The notes under the pieces were generated by a model that had not been told where the DNA came from, ran no database searches, and saw only the letters and a program-made list of their open reading frames with translations. This document shows positions 45,501-60,500 of a stretch of DNA of 64,000 nucleotides, piece by piece. The translations under genes were made by a program, and so were the position numbers. The stretch is taken from assembly GCF_009914755.1 (NCBI RefSeq), contig NC_060928.1. One strand, 5' to 3'. This DNA comes from the human T2T-CHM13v2.0 reference genome, Homo sapiens. Numbering within the stretch: the first letter of the stretch is position 1; the number at the start of each line of letters is the position of its first letter.

Positions 45501-48500
45501 ATTTTATATGCAGTTTATTATAAATGTTTGGGTACCTTCATATTTTATGTACAGTATATAATACATACTTTGGGAACTTTTACTTTATGTGCAGTATATA
45601 ATACATACTTTGGGTACTTTGATATTTTATGTACAATATATAATACATACGTTGGGAACTTTGATATATTATGTACAGTATATAATTCATACTTTGGGTA
45701 CTTTGATATTTTATGTACAGTATATAATGCATAGTTTGTGTACTTTGATATTTTATGTACAGTATATAATACATACTTTGGGTACTTTGATATTTTATAT
45801 ACAGTATATAATACATACTTTGGGTACTTTCATATTTTATGTACAGTATATAATATATAGTTTGGGTACTTTGATATTTTATCTACAGCTTCTAATACAT
45901 ACTTTGGGTACTTTGATATTTTATGTACAGTATATAATACATACTTTGGGTAGTTTGATATTTTATGTATAGTATACAATATATAGTTTGAGTACTTTCA
46001 TATTTTATCTGCAGTATAAAATATATAGTTTTGGTACTTTGATATTTTATGTACAGTTTATAGTTTGAGTACTTTGATATTTTATGTACAGTTTATTATA
46101 AATGGTTGGGTACTTTCATATTTGATGTACAGTATATAATACATAATTTGGGCACTTTGATATTTTATGTACAGTATATAATACATACTTTGGGTACTTT
46201 TATATTTTATGTTCAGTATATAATACATAATTTGGGTACTTTGATATTTAATGTACAGTATATAATACACACTTTGCGTACTTTGATATTTTATGTAAAG
46301 CATGTAATACATACTTTGGGCACTTTGATATTTTATGTACAGTATGTAATACACACTTTGGGTACTTTGATATTTTATGTACAGTATGTAAAAGATACTT
46401 TGGGTAGTTTGATATATTATGTACAGTATATAATACATACTTTGGGTACTCTGATATTTTATGTACAGTGTATAATACATACTTTGGGTACTTTGATATT
46501 TTATGTACAGTATATAATACATACATTGGGTACTTTGATATATTATGTACAGTATATAATACTTACTTGGGGTACTTTGATGTTTTATGTACAGTATATA
46601 ATACATACTTTGTGTACTTTGATATTTTATGTACAGTATATAATACATACTTTGGGTACTTTGATATTTTATGTACAGTATATAATACATACTTTGGGTA
46701 TCTTGATATTTTATGTACAGTATATAATGCATACTTTGGGTACTTTGATATTTTATGTACAGTATATAATGCATACTTTGAGTACTTTGATATTTTATGT
46801 ACAGCATGTAATACATACTTTGGGTACTTTGATATTTTTTGTACAGTATGTAATACATAATTTGGGTACTTTAATATTTTATGTATAGTATATAATACAT
46901 ACTTCGGGTTCTTTGATATTTTATGTACAGTATATAATACATACATTGGGTACCTTCATATTTCATGTACAGTATATAATATATAGTTTGGATACTTTGG
47001 TATATTATGTACTGTATATAATACATACTTTGAGTACTTTGATATTTTATGTACAGTATATAATACATACTTTGCGTACTTTGATATTTTATGTCCAGTA
47101 TAGAATATATAGTTTTGGTAGTTTGATATTTTATGTACAGTATATAGTTTGAGTACTTTCACATTTTATGTACAGTTTATTATAAATGTTTGGGTGTTTT
47201 CATATTTTATGTACTGTATATAATACATACATTGGGCACTTTGATATATTATGTACAGTATATAATACATACTTTGGGTACTCTGATATTTTATGTACAG
47301 TATATAATACACACTTTGGGTACTTTGATATTTTATGTACAGGATATAATGCATACTTTGGGTACTTTGATAGTTTATGTACAGTATATAATACATACTT
47401 TGGGTACTTTGATATTCTATGTATAGTATAAAATATACAGTTTGGGTACTTTGATATTTTATGTACAGTATGTAAAACATACTTTGGGGAGTTTGATATT
47501 TTATGTACAGTATGTAAAACATACTTTGGGGAGTTTGATATTTTATGAACAGTATATAATACACATTTTGTGTACTTTGATATTTTATGTACAGTATATA
47601 ATACATACTTTGGGTACTTTGATATTTTATGTACAGTATATAATACATACTTTGGGTACTTTGATATTTTATGTACAGTATACAATATATAGTTTGAGTA
47701 CTTTGATATTTTATGTACTGTATAAAATATATAGTTTTGGTACTTTGATATTTTATGTACAGTATATAGTTTGAGTACTTTGATATTTTATGTACAGTTT
47801 GTTATAAATATTTGGGTGCTTTCATATTTTATGTACTGTATATAATACATGCTTTAGGCACTTTGATATTTTATGTACAGTATATAATACATACTTTGGG
47901 TACTCTGATATTTTATGTACAGTGTATAATACATACTTTGGGTACTTTGATATTTTATGTACAGTATATAATGCATACATTGGGTACTTTGATATATTAT
48001 GTACAGTATATAATACTTACTTGGGGTACTTTGATATTTTATGTACAGTATATAATACATAGCTTGTGTACTTTGATATTTTATGTACAGTATATAATAC
48101 ATACTATTGGTACTTTGATATTTTATGTACAGTATACAATATATTGTTTGAGTACTTTGATATTTTATGTCCAGTATAAAATATATAGATTTCGTACTTT
48201 GATATTTTATGTACAGAATATAGTTTGAATACTTTGATATTTTATGTACACTTTATTATAAAAGTTTGGGTACTTTCATATTTTACGTACAGTATGTAAT
48301 ACATACTTTGGGCACTTTGATGTTTTATGCACAGTATATAATACATACTTTGGGTACTTTTATATTTTATGTACACTATATAATACATAGTTTGGGTACT
48401 TTGATATTTAATATACAGTATAAAATGCACACTTTGCGTACTTTGATATTTTATGTAAAGTATGTAATACATACTTTGGGTAGTTTGATATTTTATGTAC

Positions 48501-51500
48501 AGTATGTAATACACACTTTGGGTACTTTGATATTTTATGTACAGTATGTAAAACATACTTTGGGTAGTTTGATATTTTATGATCAGTATATAATACACAT
48601 TTTGGGTACTTTGATATTTTATGTACAGTGTATAATACATACGTTGGGTACTTTGATATTTTATGTACAGGATATAATGCATACTTTGGGTACTTTGATA
48701 GTTTATGTACAGTATATAATACTTACTTTGAGTACTTTGATATTTTATATATAGTATAAAATATATAGTTTGGGTAGTTTGATATTTTAACTATAGTATA
48801 TGATACATACTTTGGGTACTTAGATATTTTATCTACAGTGTATAATAAATACTATGGGTACTTTGATATATTATGTACAATAGATAATACATACTTTGGG
48901 TACTTTGATATTTTATGTACAGTATATAATACATACTTTGGGTACTTTGATATTTTATGTACAGTGTATAATACATACATTGGGTGCTTTCATATTTCAT
49001 GTACACTTTATAATATATAGTTTGGGTACTTTGGTATATTATGTACTGTATATAATACATACTTTGAGTATTTTGATATTTTATGTACAGTATATAATAC
49101 ATACTTTGGGTACTTTGATATTTTATGTACAGTATACAATATATACTTTGCATATTTTGATATTTTATGTCCAGTATAGAATATATAGTTTTGGTAGTTT
49201 GATATTTTATGTAGAGTATATAGTTTGAGTACTTTCACATTTTATGTACAGTTTATTATAAATGTTTGGGTGTTTTCATATTTTATGTACTGTATATAAT
49301 ACATACTTTGGGCACATTGATATTTTATGTACAGTATATAATACATACTTTGGGTACTCTGATATTTTATGTACAGTATATAATACATAATTTGGGTAGT
49401 TTGATATTTTATGTACAGTATATAATACATACTTTGAGTGCTTTGATATATTATGTACAGTATATAATACATACTTTGTGTACTTTGATATTTTATGTAC
49501 AGTATACAATATATACTTTGACTACTTTGATATTTTATGTCCAGTATAGAATACATAGTTTTGGTAGTTTGATATTTTATGTACAGTATATAGTTTGAGT
49601 ACATTGATATTTTATGTACACTTTATTATAAATGTTTGGATACTTTCATATTTTATGTACAGTATATAATACATACTTTGGGCACTTTGATATTTTATGT
49701 ACAGTATACAATACATACTTTGGGTACTTTGATATTTTATGTACAGTATATAATACATAATTTGGGTACTTTGATATTTTATGTACAGTATGTAATGCAT
49801 ACTTTGGGTACTTTGATGTTTTATGTACAGTATATAATACATACTTAGGGTACTTTGACATTTTATGTGCAGTATATAATACATACTTTGGGAACTTTGA
49901 TATTTTATGTACAGTATGTAGAACATACTTTGGGTACTTTGATATTTTATGTACAGGATATAATGCATACTTTGGGTACTTTGATAGTTTATGTACAGTA
50001 TATAATACATACTTTGGGTACGTTGATATTTTATGTATAGTATAAAATATATAGTTTGGGTAGTTTGATATTTTATGTACAGTATGTAAAACATACTTTG
50101 GGGAGTTTGATATTTTATGTACAGTATGTAAAACATACTTTGGGGAGTTTGATATTTTATGAACAGTATATAATACACGTTTTGTGTATTTTGATATTTT
50201 ATATACAGTATATAATACATACTTAGGGTACTTTGACATTTTATGTACAGTACATAATACATACTTTGGATGCTTTGTTATTTTAAATACAGTATGTAAT
50301 ACATATTTTGGGTACTTTGATATTTTATGTACAGTATATAATACATACTTTGGTACTTTTATATTTCATGTACAGTATATAATATATAGTTTGGGTAGTT
50401 TGATATTTTATGTACAGTATATAATACATAGTTTGGGTATTTTGATATTTTATGTACAGTATATAATACATACTTTGGGTACTTTGATATTTTATGTACA
50501 GTATATAATATATAGTTTGGGTACTTTGATAATTTATGTGCAGTATATAACACATACTTTCGGTAGTTGGATATTTTATGTACAGTATATAATACATACT
50601 TTGGGTACTTCAATATTTGATGTACAGTATACTATATATAGTTTGGGTACTTTGATATTTTATGTCGGGTACAAAATAAATAGTTTTGGTACTTAGATAT
50701 TTTATGTACAGTATATAGTTTGAGTACTTTGATATTTTATGTACAGTTTATTATTAATGGGTGCTTTCATATTTTATGTACAGTATATAATACATACTAT
50801 GGGCACTTTGATATTTTATGTAGAGTATATAATACATAATTTGGGTACTTTGATATTTTATATACACTACATAATACATACTTTGGGTACTTTGATATTT
50901 TATGTACAGTACATAATATATAGTTTGGGTACTTTGATATTCTATGTGCAGTATATAACACATACTTTCGGTACTTGGATATTTTATGTACAGTATATAA
51001 TACATAATTTGGGTACTTCCATATTTTATGTACAGTATGCTATATATACTTTGGGTACTTTGATATTTTATGTCCAGTAAAAAATAAAAAGTTTTGGTAA
51101 TTCGATATTTTATGTACAGTGTATCGTTTGAGTACTTTGATATTTAATGTACAGTTTATTATAAATGTTCGGGTGCTTTCATATTTTATGTACAGTATAT
51201 AATACATACTTTGAGCACTTTGATATTTTATGTACAGTATATAATACATACTTTGGGTAATTTGATATTTTATGTACAGTATATAATACATACATTGGGT
51301 ACTTTGATATTTTATGTACAGTATATAATATATAGTTAGGGTACTTTGATATTTTATATACAGTATATAATATATATTATGTGTACTTTGATATATTATG
51401 TACAGTATATAATATATAGTTTGGGTAATTTGATATTTTATGTACTGTATACAATATATAGTATTGGTACTTTGATATTTCATGTAAAGTATATAGTTTG

Positions 51501-54500
51501 AGTACTTTGATATTTTATATACAGTTTATTATAAATGTTTGGGTACCTTCCTATTTTATGTAGAGTATATAATACATACTTTGGGAACTTTTATTTTATG
51601 TGCAGTATATAATACATACTTTGGGTACTTTGATATTTTATGTACAGTATATAATACATACTATTGGTACTTTGATATTTTATGTACAGTATACAATATA
51701 TAGTTTGAGTACTTTGATATTTTATGTCCAGTATAAAATATATAGATTTCATACTTTGATATTTTATGTACTGAATGTAGTTTGAGTACTTTGATATTTT
51801 ATGTACACTTTATTATAAAAGTTTGGGTACTTTCATATTTTACGTACAGTATATAATACATACTTTGGGCACTTTGATGTTTTATGTACAGTATATAATA
51901 CATACTTTGGGTTCTTTGATATTTTATGTACAGCATATAATACATAATTTGGGGACTTTTATATTTTATGTACATTATATTATACATACTTTGGGTACTT
52001 TTATATTTTATGTACGGTATATAATACACACTTTGGGTACTTTGATATATTATGTACGGTATATAATACATACTTTGGGTACTTTGATATATTATGTACA
52101 GTATATAATACATACTAAGGGTACTTTGACATTTTATGTACAGTACATAATACATACTTTGGGTACTTTGATATTTTATGTACAGTATATAATGCATACT
52201 TTGGATACTTTGATATTTTATGTACAGTATATAATACATACTTTGGGTACTTTTATATTTTATGTACAGTATATAATATATAGTTTGGGTACTTTGATAT
52301 TTTATGTACGGTATATAATACATACTTTGGGTACTTTGATATTTTATGTACAGTATATAATACATACTTTGTGTACTCTGATATTTTATGTACAGTATAC
52401 AATATATAGTTTGAATACTTTGATATTTTATGTACTGTATATAATATATAGTGTTCGTACTTTGATATTTTATGTACAATATATAGTTTGAGTACTTTGA
52501 TATTTTATGTACAGTTTTTTATAAATGTTTGGGTGCTTTCAAATTTTATGTACAGTATATAATACATACAAAGGGCACTTTGATATTTTATGTACAGTAT
52601 ATAATACATACTTTGGGTACTCTGATATTTTATATACAGTGTATAATACATACTTTGGGTACTTTGATATTTTATGTACAATATATAATACATACGTTGG
52701 CAACTTTGATATATTATGTACAGTATATAATACATACTTTGGGTACTTTGATATTTTATCTACAGTATACAACACATAGTTTGTGTACTTTGATATTTTA
52801 GGTACAGTATATAATACATACTTTGGGTACTTTGATATTTTATGTACAGTATATAATACATACATTGGGTACTTTCATATTTTATGTACAGTATATAATA
52901 TATAGTTTGGTTACTTTGATATTTTATCTACAGCTTATAATACATACTTTGGATACTTTGATACTTTATGTACAGTATATAATACATAATTTGGGTACTT
53001 TGTTATTTTATGTACAGTATACAATATATAGTTTGAGTACTTTGATATTTTATGTGCAGTATAAAATATATAGTTTTGGTACTTTCATATTTTATGTACA
53101 GTATATAGTTTGAGTACTTTGATATTTTATGTACAGTTTTTTATAAATGTTTGGGTGCTTTCATATTTTATGTACAGTATATAATACATACTAAGGGCAC
53201 TTTGATATTTTATGTACAGTATATAATACATACCTTGGGTACTTTGATATTTTATGTACAGTATATAATACATAGTTTGGGTATTTTGATATTTTATGTA
53301 CAGTATATAATACATACTTTGGGTACTTTGATATTTTATGTACAGTATATAATACATACTTTGGGAACTTTGATATTTTATGTACAGTATGTAGAACATA
53401 CTTTGGGTACTTTGATATTTTATGTACAGGATATAATGCATACTTTGGGTACTTTGATAGTTTATGTACAGTATATAATACATACTTTGGGTACTTTGAT
53501 ATTTTATGTATAGTATAAAATATATAGTTTGCGTACTTTGATATTTTATGTACAGTATGTAAAACATACTTTGGGGAGTTTGATATTTTATGTACAGTAT
53601 GTAAAACATACTTTGGGGAGTTTGATATTTTATCAACAGTATATAATACACATTTTGTGTACTTTGATATTTTATGTAAAGTATATAATACATACTTTGG
53701 GTACTTTGATATTTTATGTACAGTATATATTACATACTTTGGGTACTTTGATATTTTATGTACAGTATACAATATATAGTTTGAGTACTTTGATATTTTA
53801 TGTACTGTATAAAATATATAGTTTTGGTACTTTGATATTTTATGTACAGTATATAGTTTGAGTACTTTGATATTTTATGTACAGTTTGTTATAAATATTT
53901 TGGTGCTTTCATATTTTATGTACTGTATATAATACATGCTTTGGGCACTTTGATATTTTATGTACAGTATATAATACATACTTTGGGTACTCTGATATTT
54001 TATGTACAGTGTATAATACATACTTTGGGTACTTTGATATTTTATGTACAGTATATAATACATACATTGGGTACTTTTATATATTATGTACAGTATATAA
54101 TACTTACTTGGGGTACTTTGATATTTTATGTACAGTATATAATACATAGTTTGTGTACTTTGATATTTTATGTACAGTATGTAGTACACACTTTGGGTAC
54201 TTTGATATTTTATGTACAGTATATAATACATACTTTGGGTATCTTGATATTTTATGTACAGTATATAATGCATACTTTGCGTCCTTTGATATTTTATGTA
54301 CAGTATATAATGCATACTTTGGGTACTTTGATATTTCATGTACAGTATGCAATACATACTTTGGGTACTTTGATATTTTATGTATAGTATATAATACATA
54401 CTTTGTGTAGTTTGATATTTTATGTACAGTATACAATATATAGTTTGAGTACTTTGTTATTTTATGTGCAGTATAAAATATATAGTTTTCGTAATTGATA

Positions 54501-57500
54501 TTTTATGTACACAATATAGTTTGAGTACTTTGATATTTTATGTACACTTTATTATAAATGTTTGGGTACTTTCATATTTTATGTACAGTATATAATACAT
54601 ACTTTGGTCTCTTTGATGTTTTATGTACAGTTTATAATACATACTTTGGGTTCTTTGATATTTTATGTACAGAATATAATGCATAGTTTTAGGTACTTTT
54701 ATATTTTATGTACAGTATATAATACATACTTTGGGTACTTTGATATTTTATGTACAGTATATAATACATACTTTGGGAACTTTGATATTTTATGTACAGT
54801 ATGTAATACATACTTTGGGTACTTTGATATTTTATGTACAGTATATAATACATACTATTGGTACTTTGATATTTTATGTACAGTATACAATATATAGTTT
54901 GAGTACTTTGATATTTTATGTCCAGTATAAAATACATAGATTTCATACTTTGATATTTTATGTACAGAATATAGTTTGAGTACTTTGATATTTTATGTAC
55001 ACTTTATCATAAAAGTTTGGGTACTTTCATATTTTACGTACAGTATATAATACATACTTTGGGCACTTTGATGTTTTATGTACAGTATATAATACATACT
55101 TTGGGTTCTTTGATATGTTATGTACAGCATATAGTACATAATTTGGGGACTTTTATATTTTATGTACATTATATAATACATACTTTGGGTACTTTTATAT
55201 TTTATGTACGGTATATAATACATACTTTGGGTACTTTGATATATTATGTACAGTATATAATACATACTTTGGGTACTTTGATATATTATGTACAGTATAT
55301 AATACATACTTAGGGTACTTTGACATTTTATGTACAGTACATAATACATACTTTGGGTACTTTGATATTTTATGTACAGCATATAATACATACTTTGGGT
55401 ACTTTGATATTTTATGTACAGTATATAATACATGTTTTGGGTACTTTTACATTTTATGTACAGTATATAATATATAGTTTGGGTACTTTGATATTTTATG
55501 AATGGTATATAATACATACTTTGGGTACTTTGATATTTTATGTACAGTATATAATACATACTTTGGGTACTTTGATAATTTATGTACAGTATATAATACA
55601 TACTTTGGGTACTTTGATATTTAATATACAGTATATAATACACACTTTGCGTACTTTGATATTTTATGTAAAGTATGTAATACATACTTTGGGTACTTTG
55701 ATATTTTATGTACAGTATGTAATACACGCTTTGGGTACTTTGATGTTTTATGTAGAGTATGTAAAACATACTTTGGGTAGTTTGTTATTTTATGATCAGT
55801 ATATAATACATACTTTGGGTACTTTGATATTTTATGTACAGTATATAATACATACTTTGGGTACTTTGATATTTTATGTACAGTATATAATGCATAATTT
55901 GGGTACTTCAATAGTTTATGCACAGTATATAATACATACTTTGGGTAATTTGATATTTTATGTACAGTATATAATGCATACTTTGGGTACTTTGATAGTT
56001 TATGTACAGTATACAATACATACTTTGGGTACTTTGATATTTTATGTACAGTATATAATACATAGTTTGGTTACTTTGATATTTTTTGTACAGTATGTAA
56101 AACATACTTTGGGGAGTTTGATATTTTATGAACAGTATATAATACACATTTTGGGTACTTTGATATTTTATGTACGGTATATAATACATACTTTGGGTAC
56201 TTTGATATTTTATGTACAGTATATAATTCATACTTTGTGTACTTTGATATTTTATGTACAGTATATAATACATACATTGGGTACTTCGATATTTTATGTG
56301 CAGTACCCTATATATAGTTTGGGTACTTTGATATTTTATGTCCAGTATAAAATAAATAGTTTTGGTACTTTGATATTTTATGTACAGTATATAGTTTGAG
56401 TACTTTGATATTTAATGTTCAGTTTATTATAAATGTTTGGGTGCTTTCATATTTTATATACAGTATATAATACATACTTTGGGCACTTTGATATTTTCTG
56501 TAGAGTATATAATACATACTTTGGGTACTTTGATATTTTATGTACGGTATATAATACATATATTGGGTACTTTGATATTTTATGTACAGTATATAATATA
56601 TAGTTTGGTTACTTTGATATTTTATAGACAGTATATAATATATATTATGTGTACTTTGATATATTATGTACAGTATATAATATATAGTATGGGTTGTTTG
56701 ATATTTTATGTACAGTATATAATATATAGTTTGGGTAGTTTGATATTTTTAGTACAGTATGTAATATATTGTTTGTTTTATTTGATATTTTATGTACAGT
56801 ATACAATATATAGTATTGGAACTTTGATATTTCATGTAAAGTATATAGTTTGAGTACTTTGATATTTTATATGCAGTTTATTATAAATGTTTGGGTACCT
56901 TCATAATTTATGTACAGTATATAATACATACTTTGGGAACTTTTATTTTATGTGCAGTATGTAATACATACTTTGGGTACTTTGATATTTCATGTACAGT
57001 ATATAATACACACTTTGGGTACTTTGATATTTTATGTACAGTATATAATACACACTTTGGGTACTTTGATATTTTATGTACAGTATATAATACATACTTT
57101 GGGTACTTTGATGTATTATGTACAGTATATAATACATACTTTGGGTACTTTGATATTTTATGTACAGTATATAATACATACTTTGGGTACTTTGATATTT
57201 TATGTACAGTATGTAATACACACTTTGGGTACTTTGATATTTTATGTACAGTATGTAAAACATACTTTGGGTAGTTTGATATATTATGTACAGTATATAA
57301 TACATACTTTGGGTACTCTGATATTTTATGTACAGTGTATAATACATACTTTGGGTACTTTGATATTTTATGTACAGTATATAATACATACATTGGGTAC
57401 TTTGATATATTATGTACAGTATATAATACTTACTTGGGGTATCTTGATATTTTATGTACAGTATATAATGCATACTTTGGGTACTTTGATATTTTATGTA

Positions 57501-60500
57501 CAGTATATAATGCATACTTTGAGTACTTTGATATTTTATGTACAGTATGTAATACATACTTTGGGTACTTTGATATTTTATGTATAGTATATAATACATA
57601 CTTTGTGTAGTTTGATATTTTATGTACAGTATACAATATATAGTTTGAGTACTTTGATATTTTATGTCCAGTATAAAATATATAGTTTTCCTAATTGATA
57701 TTTTATGTACAGAATATAGTTTGAGTACTTTGATATTTTATGTACACTTTATTATAAATGTTTGGGTACTTTCATATTTTATGTACAGTATATAATACAT
57801 ACTTTGGTCTCTTTGATGTTTTATGTACAGTATATAATACATACTTTGGGTTCTTTGATATTTTATGTGCAGAATATAATGCATAGTTTTAGGTACTTTT
57901 ATATTTTATGTACAGTATATAATACATACTTTGGGTACTTTGATATTTTATGTACAGTATATAATACATACTTTGGGTACTTTGATATTTTATGTACAGT
58001 ATATAATACATATTATTGGTACTTTGATATTTTATGTACAGTATACAATATATAGTTTGAGTACTTTGATATTTTATGTCCAGTATAAAATACATAGATT
58101 TCATACTTTGATATTTTATGTACAGAATATAGTTTGAGTACTTTGATATTTTATGTACACTTTATCATAAAAGTTTGGGTACTTTCATATTTTACGTACA
58201 GTATATAATACATACTTTGGGCACTTTGATGTTTTATGTACCGTATATAATACATACTTTGGGTTCTTTGATATGTTATGTACAGCATATAGTACATAAT
58301 TTGGGGACTTTTATATTTTATGTACATTATATAATACATACTTTGGGTACTTTTATATTTTATGTACAGTACATAATACATACTTTGGGTACTTTGATAT
58401 TTTATGTACAGTATATAATTCATACTTTGGGTACTTTGATATTTTATGTACAGTATATAATACATACATTGGGTACTTCGATATTTTATGTGCAGTACCC
58501 TATATATAGTTTGGGTACTTTGATATTTTATGTCCAGTATAAAATAAATAGTTTTGGTACTTTGATATTTTATGTACAGTATACAATATATAGTTTGAGT
58601 AATTTGATATTTTATGTGCAGTATAAAATATATAGTTTTGGTACTTTCATATTTTATGTACAGTATATAGTTTGAGTACTTTGATATTTTATGTACAGTT
58701 TTTTATAAATGTTTGGGTGCTTTCATATTTTATGTACAGTATATAATACATACTAAGGGCACTTTGATATTTTATGTACAGTATATAATACATACTTTGG
58801 GTATTTTGATATTTTATGTACGTCATATAATATATAGTTTGGGTACTTTGATATTTTATCTACAGTATATAATACATACCTTGGGTACTTTGATATTTTA
58901 TTTACAGTATATAATATATAGTTTGGGTATTTTGATATTTTATGTACAGTATATAATACATACTTTGGGTACTTTGATATTTTATGTACAGTATATAATA
59001 CATACTTTGGGAACTTTGATATTTTATGTACAGTATGTAAAACATACTTTGGGTACTTTGATATTTTATGTACAGTATACAATATATAGTATGAATACTT
59101 TGATATTTTATGTGCAGTATAAAATATATAGTTTTGGTACTTTCATATTTTATATACAGTATATAGTTTGAGTACTTTGATATTTTATGTACAGTTTTTT
59201 ATAATGTTTGGATGCTTTCATATTTTATGTACAGTATATAATACATACTAAGGGCACTTTGATATTTTATGTACAGTATATAATACATACTTTGGGTACT
59301 TTGATATTTTATGTACGTCATATAATATATAGTTTGGGTACTTTGATATTTTATGTACAGTATATAATGCATACTTTGGATACTTTGATATTTTATGTAC
59401 AGTATATAATACATACTTTGGGTACTTTGATATTTTATGGACAGTGTAGAATACATACTTTGTGTACTTTGGTATTTTATGTACAGTATATAAAATATAG
59501 TTTGGGTAGTTTGATATTTTATATACAGTATATAATACATTCTTTGGGTACTTTGATATTTTGTGTACAGTTTATAATACATACTTTGGGTACTTTGATA
59601 TTTTATGCACAGTATACAATATATAGTTTGAGTACTTTGATATTTTATGTACTGTATAAAATATATACTTTTGGTACTTTGATATTTTATGTACAGTATA
59701 TAGTTTGAGTACTTTGATATTTTATGTACAGTTTGTTAAAAATGTTTGGGTGCTTTCATATTTTATGTACAGTATATAATACATACTTTGGTCACTTTGA
59801 TATCTTATGTACAGTATATAATACATACTTTGGATACTCTGATATTTTATGTACAGGGTATAATACATAATTTGTGTACTTTGATATTTTATGTACAGTA
59901 TATAATACATACGTTGGGTACTTTGATATATTATGTACAGTATATAATACATACTTTGGGTACTTTGATATTTTATGTACAGTATATAATCCATAGTTTG
60001 TGTACTTTGATATTTTATGTACAGTATATAATACATACTTTGGGTACTTTGATATTTTATGTACAGTATATAATACATACTATTGGTACTTTGATATTTT
60101 ATGTACAGTATAGAATATATAGTTTGAGTACTTTGATATTTTATATCCAGTATAAAATATATAGTTTTCGTAATTGATATTTTATGTACAGAATATAGTT
60201 TGAGTACTTTGATATTTTATGTACACTTTATTATAAATGTTTGGGTACTTTCATATTTTATGTACAGTATATAATACATACTTTGGTCTCTTTGATGTTT
60301 TATGTACAGTATATAATACATACTTTGCGTTCTTTGATATTTTATGTACAGAATATAATGCATAGTTTTAGGTACTTTTATATTTTATGTACAGTATATA
60401 ATATATACTTTGGGTACTTCGATATTTTATGTACAGTATATAATACATACTTTGGGAACTTTGATATTTTATGTACAGTATGTAATACATACTTTGGGTA

